From Rhodosorus marinus CCMP1338 (taxonomy: Eukaryota; Plantae; Rhodophyta), in the NCBI GenBank assembly GCA_029953675.1, contig JAMWBK010000005.1, positions 868,001 to 932,000 on the forward strand: a stretch of DNA of 64,000 bases, given 5' to 3'. The notes beneath the pieces are model-generated. The model made no database searches. It saw only the letters and a program-made list of their open reading frames with translations, and had not been told where the DNA came from. The position numbers and the translations under genes are program-made. This document shows, piece by piece, positions 13,282-27,079 of this stretch. Within the stretch, counting starts at the first letter, position 1, and every line of letters begins with the position of its first letter.

Positions 13282-15713
13282 ATGATGACTCTGCCTGTAT
13301 CTGTTCTGCTAGCGGTCCTCGTTCTCGTTATATACGGAGATTTTGTTAAAGGGGAGCTGCAATGGGGAACGTACAACCCCGGATCGATCTTCTCGGTGCG
13401 GGCGCGGGTGCCAGACTCACCGATGGTTGGCATCGCTTGGGCTCCGTCGAAGAAACAACAAGCTATCAGATCCGGTATTGGAGATGCCTCCGGCCCGACA
13501 TTCTTTCGGTATCACGACGGTGCATCGTTTGCGACTGAAATCATAACTGACGAAGAAGCTGGCGTCGTTGTCAATGCCACATGGGTCCACCTCGACAAGA
13601 AAGCGTGGGCTTTGAGGGTCGAAGGAACGTCCAAAACTCTGGACCGTTCGGAGCGAGATTTGAGTTTCTATGTTTATACGTCAATGGTGAACGACCACCC
13701 AAAGGAGGGCGAAGAGAGCACCGGAAAAGTTGAAGTAGAAATCGAAAGCGAAGAGTATGCCGCATTCGTGGCAAGCAAGAGCAAAATCGGACCTTTCCGT
13801 GTGGAGTTCAGAGAACCCGCCAGCGGCGCCGTGACTAGAGGTACACCTAGTTCTTCCCTCGAATCGGAAACGTTCGCCTCCTCAAAGAGAATTTCATCTA
13901 CTGTGCCCTTATTCAACCACCATTCTCATAAACGGCGCTCTACAGACAGATCCTCGAAGCATTCGCGACTTCAGGACGTTACGAATGATCTGTCGGTGTT
14001 TCACTTTCTCGGCCTGGAGGTTATGATTCCCAGTCGTTTTGAGATCTCCCTTCGACATTCCATACTCTCGTCGATGGTAAGAGTATATTCACGACTTTCA
14101 CGATGGCGAGGTGCATCGGATACCCGTCAATGCTGAAAGGTTGATCCTCTATCGTTTCTACCTACAAAAAGCCTACGGACTCTCAATCCAGAGGAGACAA
14201 GCGTGGACATCCCAAGGGATTCATTGCACTACCAGACCTTGAGGCCCAGAATAGCAACCTAGCAATTGTACAGCGATATCTTCGTACTCCTTTCCAGTTT
14301 GACGTGGTTTTTGAAAGCTCCGCAGCCGATGACGCGGTCTCCGAAGCGGTGGAGGCGCACAGAAGAAGCTTCGAGAGCAGGTTTCGTCATGTGTTCAATC
14401 TGGAGGAGTTCAGCGTGGCGCAGATTGAATTTGCCCAGATCACGCTCTCCAACCTGCTCGGTGGTTTTGGTTACTTCCACGGCCCGCTTACGATCAACTC
14501 TACAGACGCAAGACCGGGTGAGGATCGACTAAAAGCCTCTAGCGAGGCTTCGCTCTTATCAGCTACGCCGTCCCGCGAATCCTTTCCGCGCGGATTTCTT
14601 TGGGATGAGGGCTTTCACCAAATGCTTGTCCAGAAATGGGACCCGGAACTATCGAGGGAGGCCCTCAAATCCTGGTTGGCGACAATGGAACCAAGTGGGT
14701 GGATTCCACGCGAGCAAACTCGTGGTGCTGACGCGATAACGCGTTTTCCGCAGCATATTCAACACTACATGATCCAATCGCCGGACGTGGTGAACCCACC
14801 AACGCTCGTTATGCCAGTGAGGGCGTTGATGCTATCAGAACCGGTACAAGTGGATGGGAAAGGAGGGATTATACGCTCAGGATTCGTCAGCGATGCCTTC
14901 GAAAGGCTCTCAAAGCACGTGATGTTCTTGGCAATGTCACAAGCAGGAAAAGTAGAGAACACGTTCTACTGGAGGGGAAGGCAGGAGACCGATGGCGTAA
15001 TCCATACATTGGCGTCAGGGCTAGATGACTATCCACGTGCGAAGAACATAAGTGAAGCCGAAATGCATCTGGACCTTGCCTGCTGGATAGCATGGAGTCT
15101 TAAGAGCGTAGCCACTCTCGCACCGACACGGAAAGCTCAAGAAGCGGACATGCTCAGGGCCGCCGCGAATCAGATTACAACTACGCTTTTCGAAAAGCAC
15201 AGAGGACCAGGTTCATATGAGTTGCTTTGTGACCAAGGAGCCAATGGTTCTGCCTGCCATGAAGGCTATGTCACACTCTTTCCGATGATTCTTGGATTGG
15301 AAGATGCGTCGTCACCGCGATTGGGGTCTATTCTGCGGCTAGTCCGGGATGAGGATAGATTGTGGTCCAAAGGAGGTCTCAGGTCGCTGTCGAAACAGGA
15401 CCCGGAATACGGGAAAAACGACGGATACTGGACTGGTCCGGTATGGATGCCGATTAACTATCTTGTCCTGGCCTCGCTCAAGACAAAGTACAGCGTGGAA
15501 AATGGTCCATACAAGGAATTGGCGAAAGATACATACGAAAGGCTAAGAAAGACGATAGTTGGCAACGTCTATTCGGAGTATAAGAGAACTGGGACCGTAT
15601 GGGAACAGTATAATCCAGAAACTGGCGGAGGCCAACGTGGACGCGATTTCACGGGATGGACCTCGTTGGTGGTGCTGATCATGGCAGAGGAATACGCCGG
15701 GGTGATTGTCTGA
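13282..15713 (+). CDS. GCS1: Mannosyl-oligosaccharide glucosidase (glucosidase I, GH63)
   Basis: N-terminal membrane anchor followed by WGTYNPG. C-terminal GH63 motifs SATPSRESFPRGFLWDEGFHQ, GWIPREQ, TLASGLDDYPR, YWTGPVWMPINYL, VWEQYNPETGGGQRGRDFTGWTSLVVLIMAE. Intron(s) around 14020-14300. Confidence 0.95.
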
Positions 15714-15824
15714 GCGAGCCCTTAATCGGTAACACACGGGGCGCATGGCCCACGGGCAAGATTAATGGCATTGCAAAATATTGGAGTTGCTATAATATCC
15801 TAGTTAGTGGAACGCCTGTCCTCG

Positions 15825-17717
15825 TCAATCTGGACCGGCTGAGTGGGATCTCAATGTCGCACGACACTTTTCTAGAGAAATTTTGCCGTCGCTAACAAAG
15901 GATGAAAACGGTGGATCAATCGTGTCTTCGGCGAGGATCTCGAACGTCCCCAGTCCATGCGCTGTATCCGCTTCACCCTCGATCAGTGAAGCAAAAATGC
16001 TGAGATAACTCAGCATCAATCCAGAGTCGAACGTTGAGCTGACGATAACGCGAGCGGCGCTCGCTCCTTTCCGAATCAGGTCAACGGTAGGTACGAGCCC
16101 TCCAATAACGGTTGGCTTCACAACGTACGCGGCCAATCCGTCTTCCACCGAATGCTTCCACCACGTCTCGCTCTCAACAAGGTTTTCGTCCAGAGCGAAT
16201 CGGAGCCCTGTTCGGGCGTAGAACTGCGGCAGCTCCTCAGGGTCTTCCAGCGGCTCTTCGATGAACTCTATGAGATGAGGTCTTTCCAAACTCTTCCAGA
16301 AGCTCGTGGCCTCATCGAGCGTCCAGGAGCGATTTGCGTCTAGGCGTAGCCGGCTTCCGTGGTCCTCCAGTGCCTTGCACAAGAGGTTTACGTTACTTGC
16401 GTCATCTTCCAAGGAGCCGCCACCAACTTTCATCTTCATGACGGAGTATCCTTGTCCAACCAGCGATAGAGCGTACGCTGATGGATCGACTACTCTCGGA
16501 ACAACCGAGTTTATAAATACATGCGCTTTGGGCACTACCGACCAGCGAAGACGAAGAATCGTAGCCATCACTAAATCCAGCTCCGAGTCGACCTGAGCCG
16601 CAATCAGTTGCAGGGAGGCCATTTCCATAGCACACTGTACTGTTGGCGTTGAGCGAAGTCTGAGAAGCAGTTGAAAGGTTTGTGATTCACCCAGAACATC
16701 TTCGCACGCTTTGGAGACTTCAGCAACGTCCTCGAGCAGCGTTCCCTTGTGAAATCCGGGCAGCGGGGAAGCTTCTCCAACTCCATGCTTGGAGTCTTTG
16801 GCTTTAAGGATCACAACTAGCCCCTCTCTGTGATCGACAGTAGACCTTCCAGCGACGCTCATCTTCTTCCTCAGAGCCAGTGAGAAGCGTCGTTGCTCGA
16901 TTGTTTGAACGCAAGGAGTCGACATCGTCCTGAGAATTCGCTTGAATGTGACAGTAGTGCGCACAACCGCATCGATAGCTTGATGAAGACAGTTGTGACC
17001 AGCATCTGGAACAACTGCTGAAAAGTGTCTTTGCGATGCTCTTCGTGTGATGGCAACGTACTTCCGATCCTCTGAACCGCAGATCATCAGCGACGGTGGA
17101 CTTGCAGGCCCGAGAAGGAATTCCCAGAGGCTCGTCATTCGAGCTGGTGAGTAGGCGACCACAGCTTTCGACATGTTCCGTTGGGTGTTAACGCGTTTTA
17201 TTCTTCTGATCCAAAGCTGTTTGGATTCCTCGGAAAGACTTGAGCCCCAGAGGCCTGCCGAATACCAGCCGTGTAAGAACTGGTCGAAGTTGGCCTGTAT
17301 CTTCCTGGAGTATTCTAGATCGCGCTCCATTCGGTCAGATCTCTCGCTTCCTGTAGATGGTAGACCAGGATCGGAGCTGATCAGGATCAGATTCTCAACT
17401 AATCCATGCTCCACGCTTGCGGCCAAGCTTAGCGCAACTCGTCCTCCGAGGGAGTATCCCACAACGATGCAGGACCGAATCTCCAGATCATCGGCCGTCT
17501 CCCGCACCAATGCGGCGGCCTCTGCAACGTCCTCGACAGACACAGATGCTGATTCTCCGTGAAGCGGGAGATCAATCGCGACTACACGTTCTCCATCACC
17601 AATGCGACTAACAAACGCCTCGAAGATCGGCTCCTTGTCTCCGAGGAAGCCATGGAGAAGGAGCCAGACACCAGAAACAATCCGTCGATCGCCAGCTTCT
17701 GTAAAAGCAAGACTCAT
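15825..17717 (-). CDS. menH-menC: Fusion of MenH (SHCHC synthase, alpha/beta hydrolase) and MenC (o-succinylbenzoate synthase); single exon
   Basis: N-terminal half: LHGFLG, GYSLGG (nucleophile Ser), GSEDRKY (Asp), AGHN (His). C-terminal half has enolase-superfamily OSBS motifs GEASPLPG, KMKVG, RLDANRSW, IEEPL, ALDE, VVKPT, GLGT. Confidence 0.9.
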   Translation of the reverse strand: MSLAFTEAGDRRIVSGVWLLLHGFLGDKEPIFEAFVSRIGDGERVVAIDLPLHGESASVSVEDVAEAAALVRETADDLEIRSCIVVGYSLGGRVALSLAASVEHGLVENLILISSDPGLPSTGSERSDRMERDLEYSRKIQANFDQFLHGWYSAGLWGSSLSEESKQLWIRRIKRVNTQRNMSKAVVAYSPARMTSLWEFLLGPASPPSLMICGSEDRKYVAITRRASQRHFSAVVPDAGHNCLHQAIDAVVRTTVTFKRILRTMSTPCVQTIEQRRFSLALRKKMSVAGRSTVDHREGLVVILKAKDSKHGVGEASPLPGFHKGTLLEDVAEVSKACEDVLGESQTFQLLLRLRSTPTVQCAMEMASLQLIAAQVDSELDLVMATILRLRWSVVPKAHVFINSVVPRVVDPSAYALSLVGQGYSVMKMKVGGGSLEDDASNVNLLCKALEDHGSRLRLDANRSWTLDEATSFWKSLERPHLIEFIEEPLEDPEELPQFYARTGLRFALDENLVESETWWKHSVEDGLAAYVVKPTVIGGLVPTVDLIRKGASAARVIVSSTFDSGLMLSYLSIFASLIEGEADTAHGLGTFEILAEDTIDPPFSSFVSDGKISLEKCRATLRSHSAGPD

Positions 17718-18579
17718 AGTTGCTCAGCGATCGATTAATATTTGATTTTGCTCTCCTATCTTCTAGACAGAATCAATTCTGTAAAGTTCTCGCCCCGAAA
17801 CCTTCGCGCTGTCAGCCGTTGTGACTAGGAACTGAAACGTCTGGATTCGGAGAAGACAAAAAAGCCGAGCTGGATATTCTATACGAACAATGTACGAACA
17901 GACCTTCTAATCATACAGACTAAGTTAGACTGAGGTAAACTTGGTTGAGAGTTGAATTGAACCGCGATTTGGGCGGCTACGCTTTTACCTCATCAAGAGA
18001 GCTGTGGAGAGTACCAGGCCTCAAGAGCGGATGGTATTGAGCTCTGCCGGATAGCGCAGTGGTGTCCGAGTCTTGCTCGATTCGGAGGATTTCAACCCGG
18101 TATCTTTTTGACTAGAATGACTTTGATTCTGTCACGAGGAGCTGCTGGGGTGAGTCTGCAGCTTTGCTGGTTTCTAATGTGGGATTTTCGGTTCATAGCG
18201 ACACACGGCTTGGTGGCTAATGAGTACAACGATTCAACTCCCTGAAACGCGTAGTAGGAGTACGCAGCATTTCATGCTCGCTCTCCGGATCGCTTTAAAG
18301 TCGGGGTGTTGAGGCCATACTTCCGGCGACAGTCTGTAGAAGGGGACCTGTAAAACGGTAGCTCAATCTTGTTTTTGCCCACTGCGCAAATGAAGACTAG
18401 TCCCACTCTCATTGCACCCGCCCCCCCTTCTACATTCTCCAGAGCAGCCACGCACGTCGGCCGGCATAAAGCAGCACTATTCCACGCGCTATTGCCGTTG
18501 AACGTTATCAAGTTGTTCTCGCCTTTAATTTCTTAAAACAAACCTTCTAGAGCACTGTTTATCATGGAATTCAGCACAC

Positions 18580-20224
18580 TCATTCTTCTTCTGGTTCTTC
18601 AGCCGGCGGCTCTTTGTCAACAGTTGCGATGGTCCACTTGCTCTTCAGGATTTCGACAACCGCATTTCTTTGCAAGTTTGCGAAGACTTTGTCCCTAGCT
18701 GATTCCTCGTCAAGTTCCTAGGATATGTCAAAAAAAGCAGAGCGGACTAAGCCTCTGGTTCTAATAAATCGATCCGCTTTGGGGAAACACCTCTTCAGCA
18801 TACCTCCTTCAACTCTGCGCGGAGAAGATCAAGCTGTGCATCGACTTCCTCGTCCTCGATCGTCACGCCCTCCTCATCAGCGATCTGCTGAATCGCAAAT
18901 GACTTCATGAGCATCTTCTCAACGTTGCCTCGGGCATTCTTCGCGTACTTTTCGTAGTTCTCCTTGGTGATCATGCTCTGCACCTGCTCATCCGATGCTC
19001 CGCTCTGTTTGAAGTCCGACATCATTGCCGCGAACTTGCTCCTACTCTGCTGGTCGACCAAACTCTCCGGAAGCTCTACTTCTATAATGCCCGCGAGTTC
19101 ATCCTCCATGGCCTTCACCATGGCAGCCTATACAAGAGAAACTCACCAGGTTAGCTAAGGGGAACTCAAAAAAAAAAGCCAAGGCGGTGAACAAAAGCTG
19201 GCCGCATGCGTGGGTTGAGATGACGCACATCGTTGGCCTGATCAACTTCGAAACTCAAACGGCTCCTTAGGTCCTCACGGAGCTCGGCAAGGTCTTTCTT
19301 TCCAGCTGCAGTCAGAGCAAGCTCGTCATTAAGCTCGGGCAGCTTACGATGCCTAACTTCCAGAACCTCGACGTCAAAGATAGCCTTCAAACCTGAGAGC
19401 TCCTTCCTTGCAGTCTCGGGGAACTGAACGGGTACTTCCCTGGTCTCATTCGCTTTCGCTCCAACGAGACCCTCAACGAACCCGGGCATGAACTTTCCCT
19501 CCTCGAGAGTGATGTCAATCCCCTGACCCTCAGCAAAGTCCGGCAGCGGCTCTCCCTTTGATCCATCCTCCTCTTGATAAAAGCCCTGCATGTTGGCAGC
19601 GGCCTGGTCTCCCATTTCCAAGCCGACGTCCTCTTCGGTTGCTACATATGTCGCTTCTCTCCTGCGGAATTCTTCGAGGGCGTCTTCCAATAGGGACTCA
19701 TCAAAAGGTTCCTGCTCGACGGTGATCGATCTCTCTTTCCAGTCCTCACTGAACGTCGGGGTGGGCCACACGTCAACCTTGATCTTGTAAACAAACTCGT
19801 TCTTCTCTGAGAAATTGTTGATCAGCTCGTCAACGTCCGAGTCAAGGGAAGACTGACCAACCGCGCTGATTCCTTCAGCTTCCATTGCCTCCTTCGCAGA
19901 AGACTCTACCAACTGCTCAACAACACCGGCCGCTATCCTCTCCTTTCCAGCCGCATTGATAATCAGCTGCTTCGGGGCGCTTCCTTTTCTAAATCCAGGC
20001 ATGTGGGATTGCTTCACCAGCCCCTGCACATACTTATCATAGGCCTTCTTCGCGTCCTCCGCGGGAACGGTGATCTCCAGCCCAACCTGGGAACCAGGAA
20101 GAACCTCCTTCTTCACAATCACGGCCATCATCACCGTCGCAGCACGCCTCCTACTACATACCGCCTTCCGTTCCCCTAAACCAGACCCACCAACAACCTT
20201 ACCATTACCAAAAACGAACGCCAT
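18580..20224 (-). CDS. tig: Plastid trigger factor (chaperone/PPIase), 3 exons
   Basis: MAFV transit peptide, ribosome-binding signature MPGFRKGSAP, FKBP-like GKFMPGFVEGLVGAKANETREVPVQFP, and C-terminal domain (VELPESLVDQQ...). Last exon ELDEESARDKVF...EEE* ends at 18580. Confidence 0.93.
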
Positions 20225-22160
20225 CTCTCCAACCAAATCAAAAAGACACACACAGACACACACAAAACAAAAAAAAGAAGAAACCTAATAAACTCGTACA
20301 CGCTTCAGTGTCATCTACTCTACAGCTCCAACCTTATCTTCACGATTGAAAACACCCTTCCTACCACGACCACAAACAGCAAAGCCCCAACCCCCAATCC
20401 CCTCATCCAGTACCCTCTGCAAACCCCCAGCACCCCCGCCCACCCCCAAAACAATCAATCCCCTTCTCCTTCAGCAACCAAACCGACCAATTTCGATAAT
20501 CGAATTTCCAATACTCGACCACCCCCCCTCCCTTCAACCAAAAATTTCCTACCGTGCGGTAAATCCTTCCCAAAACATCCAAAAAAAAATTATTTGGGGA
20601 AATAGCCTATTGAAAACAATATTTCCAACCCCCGCCCCGTTTCTTTCTTTAAATCCATACTGGTCCAAAATATTTTCACTAATTTGTAACTGTTCAACAA
20701 ATGAGATTTTTCAATCTCACCAAATAGATTAAATCGAACTGGCCGGTGGCTACTGAATTTTCGATTTTTTGAGGGCATCGAAAGTAAAGGGGGGGGGTAC
20801 GCGTGTTCACTGCATAGGGTTTTTTTTGAGGAGAAATATAACGGGACAGACTGTCTGTTCAGACCGTTAGTTATATAGATTTGATAAATTATTTTCAGCA
20901 TCTGTCATAAAATAAGATACTGGACGGGCAATCTTCAATCATAATAGAGTTCCTAGTCCAATTAGGGAAGATAATGTTTTGTTCTTGACTTAATAAACTT
21001 TTATTTTAATTTTATTCAGTATCATGTCTGGGTGGGGACAAGGGTGGGTGGATGGATTCGTTATGTTGACTGCACATATTTATTTTATTGTGATATTTCA
21101 AAGTCATGTTGACTGTACGAGGTCGCAGGTCACGGCGGTCATAGCGTATATCCGTCACGCGTCTCGTTTAATCAATAATTTTATAGAGTAAACGGATGAC
21201 GGATTCCTGAGTCTACGCTTCGCAACCCCCCAACCCCCCTAACCAAATTGTCCAGGGAGTAAGTTTTTAATATTAATGTAAATTTTCATCGATATTGAAA
21301 GTCTCGGGCACTTCTTAGGCCTTAATATATTAGGATATTTGTTTCGTTTATCCGGTATCAGTAGCATACCGTCCCCTTCAGACTCTCGGACTGGGCTGAG
21401 CTCTAAGGGCTGGATGGCTGTGGCATTTGAGCGGGCATTGATGATGGCAATAAGCCGCATCTGTGTAACTTCGCTTCGTTTCCAACTGCGCTGAAAGCTG
21501 GCAACCTGAAGATTGAAGTGTTGTGAGACTCAAGTATGCAAGCACCCCAAAACAAAGTCTCATCCCGGAACAGATCAAGGAAGCCTTTAAAAAAACACGG
21601 AGATAGAACTAGCTGGCTAAGCGCACCGGAATAACAAATGCAGCTGGTTGTTTTCCATCGCTTGACTAGGACAGAATACATCCGAATGCGCTGACCAACA
21701 CACACCCCAGAACTAGTACCGGTACTACAACCGCAGCCAAAGGCTCAGGTGGAAGGGAAGAGATTGTTTGCCCGACCACGAGACCCAGACCCAGTCAAAC
21801 CACGGGCAAATCCAAAACTTGGGGCGAAAATAAATATCGACTGGCCTCACAAGGACTGGCCTACAACAGACGTCCACCTTTCCATCGGAAGGCTTCCAAG
21901 GTGAGGAGTCTCAGCGCTCTGCCCAAGGAGCTCAAATCTCTGCTTAGGAAGAAAATCTCGTGGCCAAAATTCCGATCAATAGGTTTGGCTCTGATGAAAG
22001 TTTTGGGGGGGAGGTCCGGGCTTGATACAGTAGATGTAGGAATCGATCCGTTTGACTCATCAGAGAGGTGCGTAGTCAATGGGTTTGTGCTGAACAACTA
22101 GCTCTGGTGTTGAGTTTCCTGGCCGGGGGGGGTTGGGGAGTTGTTTTCTTTTGAGAAACT

Positions 22161-23349
<1,189 letters not shown>

Positions 23350-24259
23350 TCGAAAAACATTAAAGAGTTGATCGTCTTTCCTTTGCCTTTTCCGACGAAA
23401 CCGGCGAAGCTCCCAGGAGACGACAGCTGCTACGGCCTAGGCGAAGGGTTCTTAAGTAGTTCGCCGCCACATTACAATCAAGTCATGCCGTTAATAGCCC
23501 AACCATCACGCGGCTGCATGACGCGTGCTGTTCTTAGAAAACTGTGCATGTCCTCTTCGGGGGCAGATACAGGACAGCATCAAACCGTAATATTATATTA
23601 TACTACGACGCACTGTAGAGCAATCCGTACGGCAATAGAACTTCTCTGTTAATCCACCGAAGGAAGTATCCGACAAACTCCCAGGTTTCCTCTGTCCAAG
23701 CGTCTTCAGGCAAGGCTGGGAACACAACGCCGACATGTATCAAAGCAGGAGGCGTCTGGTACCATCAGGAGCCAGGAGATGGTACAAGACGCTTCCTGCT
23801 TTGCAGCCTCACTCTGCACAAGAAGCTCTCTAGTTCGTCTTCCTCAGAAAACCGAGAACGGAGTTGATCGCAGCTTCACTTCATAGACTGGCACACTTGA
23901 CTGTGCCATATGACGAGCAGAAAAGCGCGCTTCCTAGTCAAGCTCTGACTTGTAGCAACGGACTGGACGTATGCGTGATTTTTCCAATCGTTTAAATTGC
24001 AATCATCTTCAACGTATTTGACACTTTAGATGGATCAGAGCCATCAAGGAGGATTGACGGAAGGACTTGTGGATCGGCACTGGAGGAAGTAGGCTAAAGG
24101 TTCTCTGAGAGCCCGAAAGGCGAAGAATAAACTCGAACTGAATCGCTTCTTGGAGGAGGACGTACTGTGTGGTCGCGGTCCATCCAAAACCTTCCATGTG
24201 CATATAGACGGGAGGTTAATGCCCGGGGTGTTTTCGGGAATGACAAGCGGACGGTAGAG

Positions 24260-25791
24260 ATGAGCAGTGACGGCTTGGGCAGGCCTGGGTCTGAATCTAG
24301 TACAGTATGTCCAAGGGATTTCCGCTTTTCTCATTTTCGCGCTTGTTTGGGCTCTTGTCTTGGTTCAATGCTTACATGGGTCTTGTTTACCTCGTAGTTT
24401 GGAAATCGAGCGGTGTCTGTGCCGTGTTTTCAGTTTGAGCGAGACGGATCGTTCACACGGAGGGAGATATCAAAGGCGGAGATAATTGAGTACGCTAGGA
24501 AGAAAACTGCGCTTCCACCGCCTAGACTTATCAAGCGATGGTTGAACGCATATAATGACCAGAGCCCGAATCTGGACATGCTTTCCGAGCAACTTGATAT
24601 TAAGGGTGATTACAAACGACAACGAAAAGTCCTTCGAAAGTACTTGAAAACATCGTTGCAACCGCGCGACCTGAGACAGGTTGACCCGGCGTTTCCGCAG
24701 AAACCCGCCATATGGGTCCGGCACAGCGCTATCATTGCCTCCCTGGAGCAAGTGAGGTCTATAATTTTCCATGATACGATGTTACTCTTTGATCCAGACA
24801 ACTCTGTTGTGAAGCGGTGCACCCAGTTTGTTCAGGAGACCTTGTACAGCTCCGGCTACGAGGAAATGTTCCTCCCTTTTGAGTTTCGTGCTCTGGAGGG
24901 TTTCATTATTTTTGTAACCACCGTGCTGGAGTTTGACTTTCTCCGAGTTTCTGAGGAAGTGAAAAAGAGTATTGGTGATCCCCGCTCCATGCTGACGACA
25001 ACGGTTCTGGAGGACATGCGGATTGACAAGCAGAAGCTTAGTCACTTCATATCACGCGCATGCATTGTTCACGATGTAATAACAGAGCTCTTAGAGGATG
25101 ATGAGGATATGGCGAACCTGTATCTCACTGAAAAGCATCGCTCTCCTTGGGTGATCAGAGATTCACTGGATCATGAAGAAGCGGAAATGATTCTTGAATC
25201 GTACCTCCAGGTAACCTGATTTGAAGAACTGAGTCGTTCTTCCGAGTACTCTCTTTTGGATGGAATGATGAACATAAGACAATGGAATCAGCGCTGAGAA
25301 TTTCTGTCTGCATTCGTCAACCTCCTGCATAGATCATGGACGACTTAACGACCAAAGCAAAACTACTGGACCACGAAATCGACGACACTGAGGACCTTGT
25401 GTCTATTCATCTCGACACACTACGTAACAGATTGATTATGATGCAAATGCTCCTGTCCGTGATTGGGCTCGGGGTGGCGTTGGGAAGCTTGGTAGGCCTA
25501 TCAATACAAGCTCGAAGCTGGGAAAGCTTCATAGCAACTGACACCATGTGTTCCATTTGTTGATATGTACTGAAAAACCAACGATAACAGATTGCCGGAA
25601 TGTTTGGGATGAATCTTCCAATCCCGATATTTGAGAGTGAGTTCAGCCAGTGGTGGTTCCTTGGCACATCCGTGCTAATAATTGTTCTGTTAGTAGTTGT
25701 TCCCTTCTTTTCCGTCACCTACCTGCGAAAGCAGAGCTTGTACAGCGGATCTATAGGAAGTCCAATGGGTAACTTTGACGGTGTAGATTGA
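24260..25791 (+). CDS. MRS2: MRS2/CorA-family Mg2+ transporter, multi-exon
   Basis: LQPRDLR, LPFEFRALE, DDEDMANLYLT, EEAEMILESY, LDTLRNRLI and GMN motif (MFGMNL) between two TM helices. First exon MSSDGLGRPGSESST|GTATGT inferred at 24260; the 5' end could extend further. Confidence 0.9.
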
Positions 25792-27079
25792 TGGTCCTAC
25801 TTCGGAGCGTAGTTTTGACAACGGCTCATCAACGGAGCACGGCAGCCTTGTTCGTTTTTTTCTTTTTTTCCGTTGTCGATACTAAACCAAATGGAGCTTA
25901 GTACACCCCGCGCGCGGGATCAATTTCTTTGGTGGACGCTGTTTTCATCCTTTCGCGGTTGTTAAACCAAGCTTTCAGGGGATGAGGTGGTACGCTGCTC
26001 AGGGAGCCAGGAGAACAAAAGCATATTGTCCTCGACTTCCCGCTTGAGCAGATCTTCCAGCGGCTCTGAGCACCAACACGGAAGAACTGCTGAACCCCTA
26101 GATGAGCCTTTCCCAACCATACTTTGATCTCAAATACCTTAAAATATGCCATTCTGGCTGTAGCTTTGACTAGATCTGTTCTTTCACCTTCAACAATAAA
26201 ATTACCTAAGGGTCGGCGGACCCAAACCTTCGCGCCGGGCCAAGCTTGGCCAGGAAAAATCACCCGAACGCTGAGGTTCCTTGTTTTGTGACCTTTTTCA
26301 AATGTGGAGATTGCAATCACCTCCTAAATGGGTGTCAACGGCCCAAAAAAAACACCGAGAACATATACAAGCCCCCTATTTTTTTCTCTGATAAAAATAA
26401 ATCAATTGTTCGTGGACATCACCACCCCCCCCCCTTCCCCCCCCAAACTCCGAGTGGACTCCCCCCCCACCGCGGCATGCTTTCATCTTAAAGAAAAAAA
26501 AAAGCTGGTCAAGAAAATATTGGAAAAAAAGACGGCATCTTGTCGTCTTTAGACGAAATAATTTTGTTTTCAGGCTGCGGGAAGAAACTTCCCGTCAGCG
26601 AAAACTACTTCTAGTGTCACGTACGATACAGTCAATAAAAATGCGCTCAAGACAGCCTGTTTACAAATAAATACATGAAATAAAATATATTCCTAGACAG
26701 CTTGTCCAAAATCGATTATTTTGACTGGAAAGAGTAGGTGACACTATGAGGTATTTTCAGCGCAGATAGGGTTTGACGGCCATTACCTGTATTGGTAGCG
26801 TTGGCAGGGTTTTGGGGTGATGGGGGGGAGGGTAAAGCGAGTTGGGTTGGTTTGAGGAGGATAGTGGGGAGATTGGAGCTGCAAGTGGCTTTAACAGGGC
26901 TTTATTCTTTTGATCTTGAGATCCCTGCTGGGAGAGAGTCTTCTGGTGATTTAGGAGTTTTTTTGGTTCTTTGTTTTATGTTGGTTTGGCTTTTCCTGGT
27001 GGCTTGCGAACTTTTTAGGCGTTAAGGCGGGGAGGGGGGGGGGGGTGGTTTGGGTCTGGGGGCTGGGTGTTCGGAAGGT

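Noticed and set aside
25898-26320. Minus-strand ORF containing VFEIKVWL, faintly like the ribosomal protein S3 C-terminus (possible organellar insertion)
   Set aside because: Only a few residues match, there is no ATG start or other S3 motif, and the flanks are not organellar-like.
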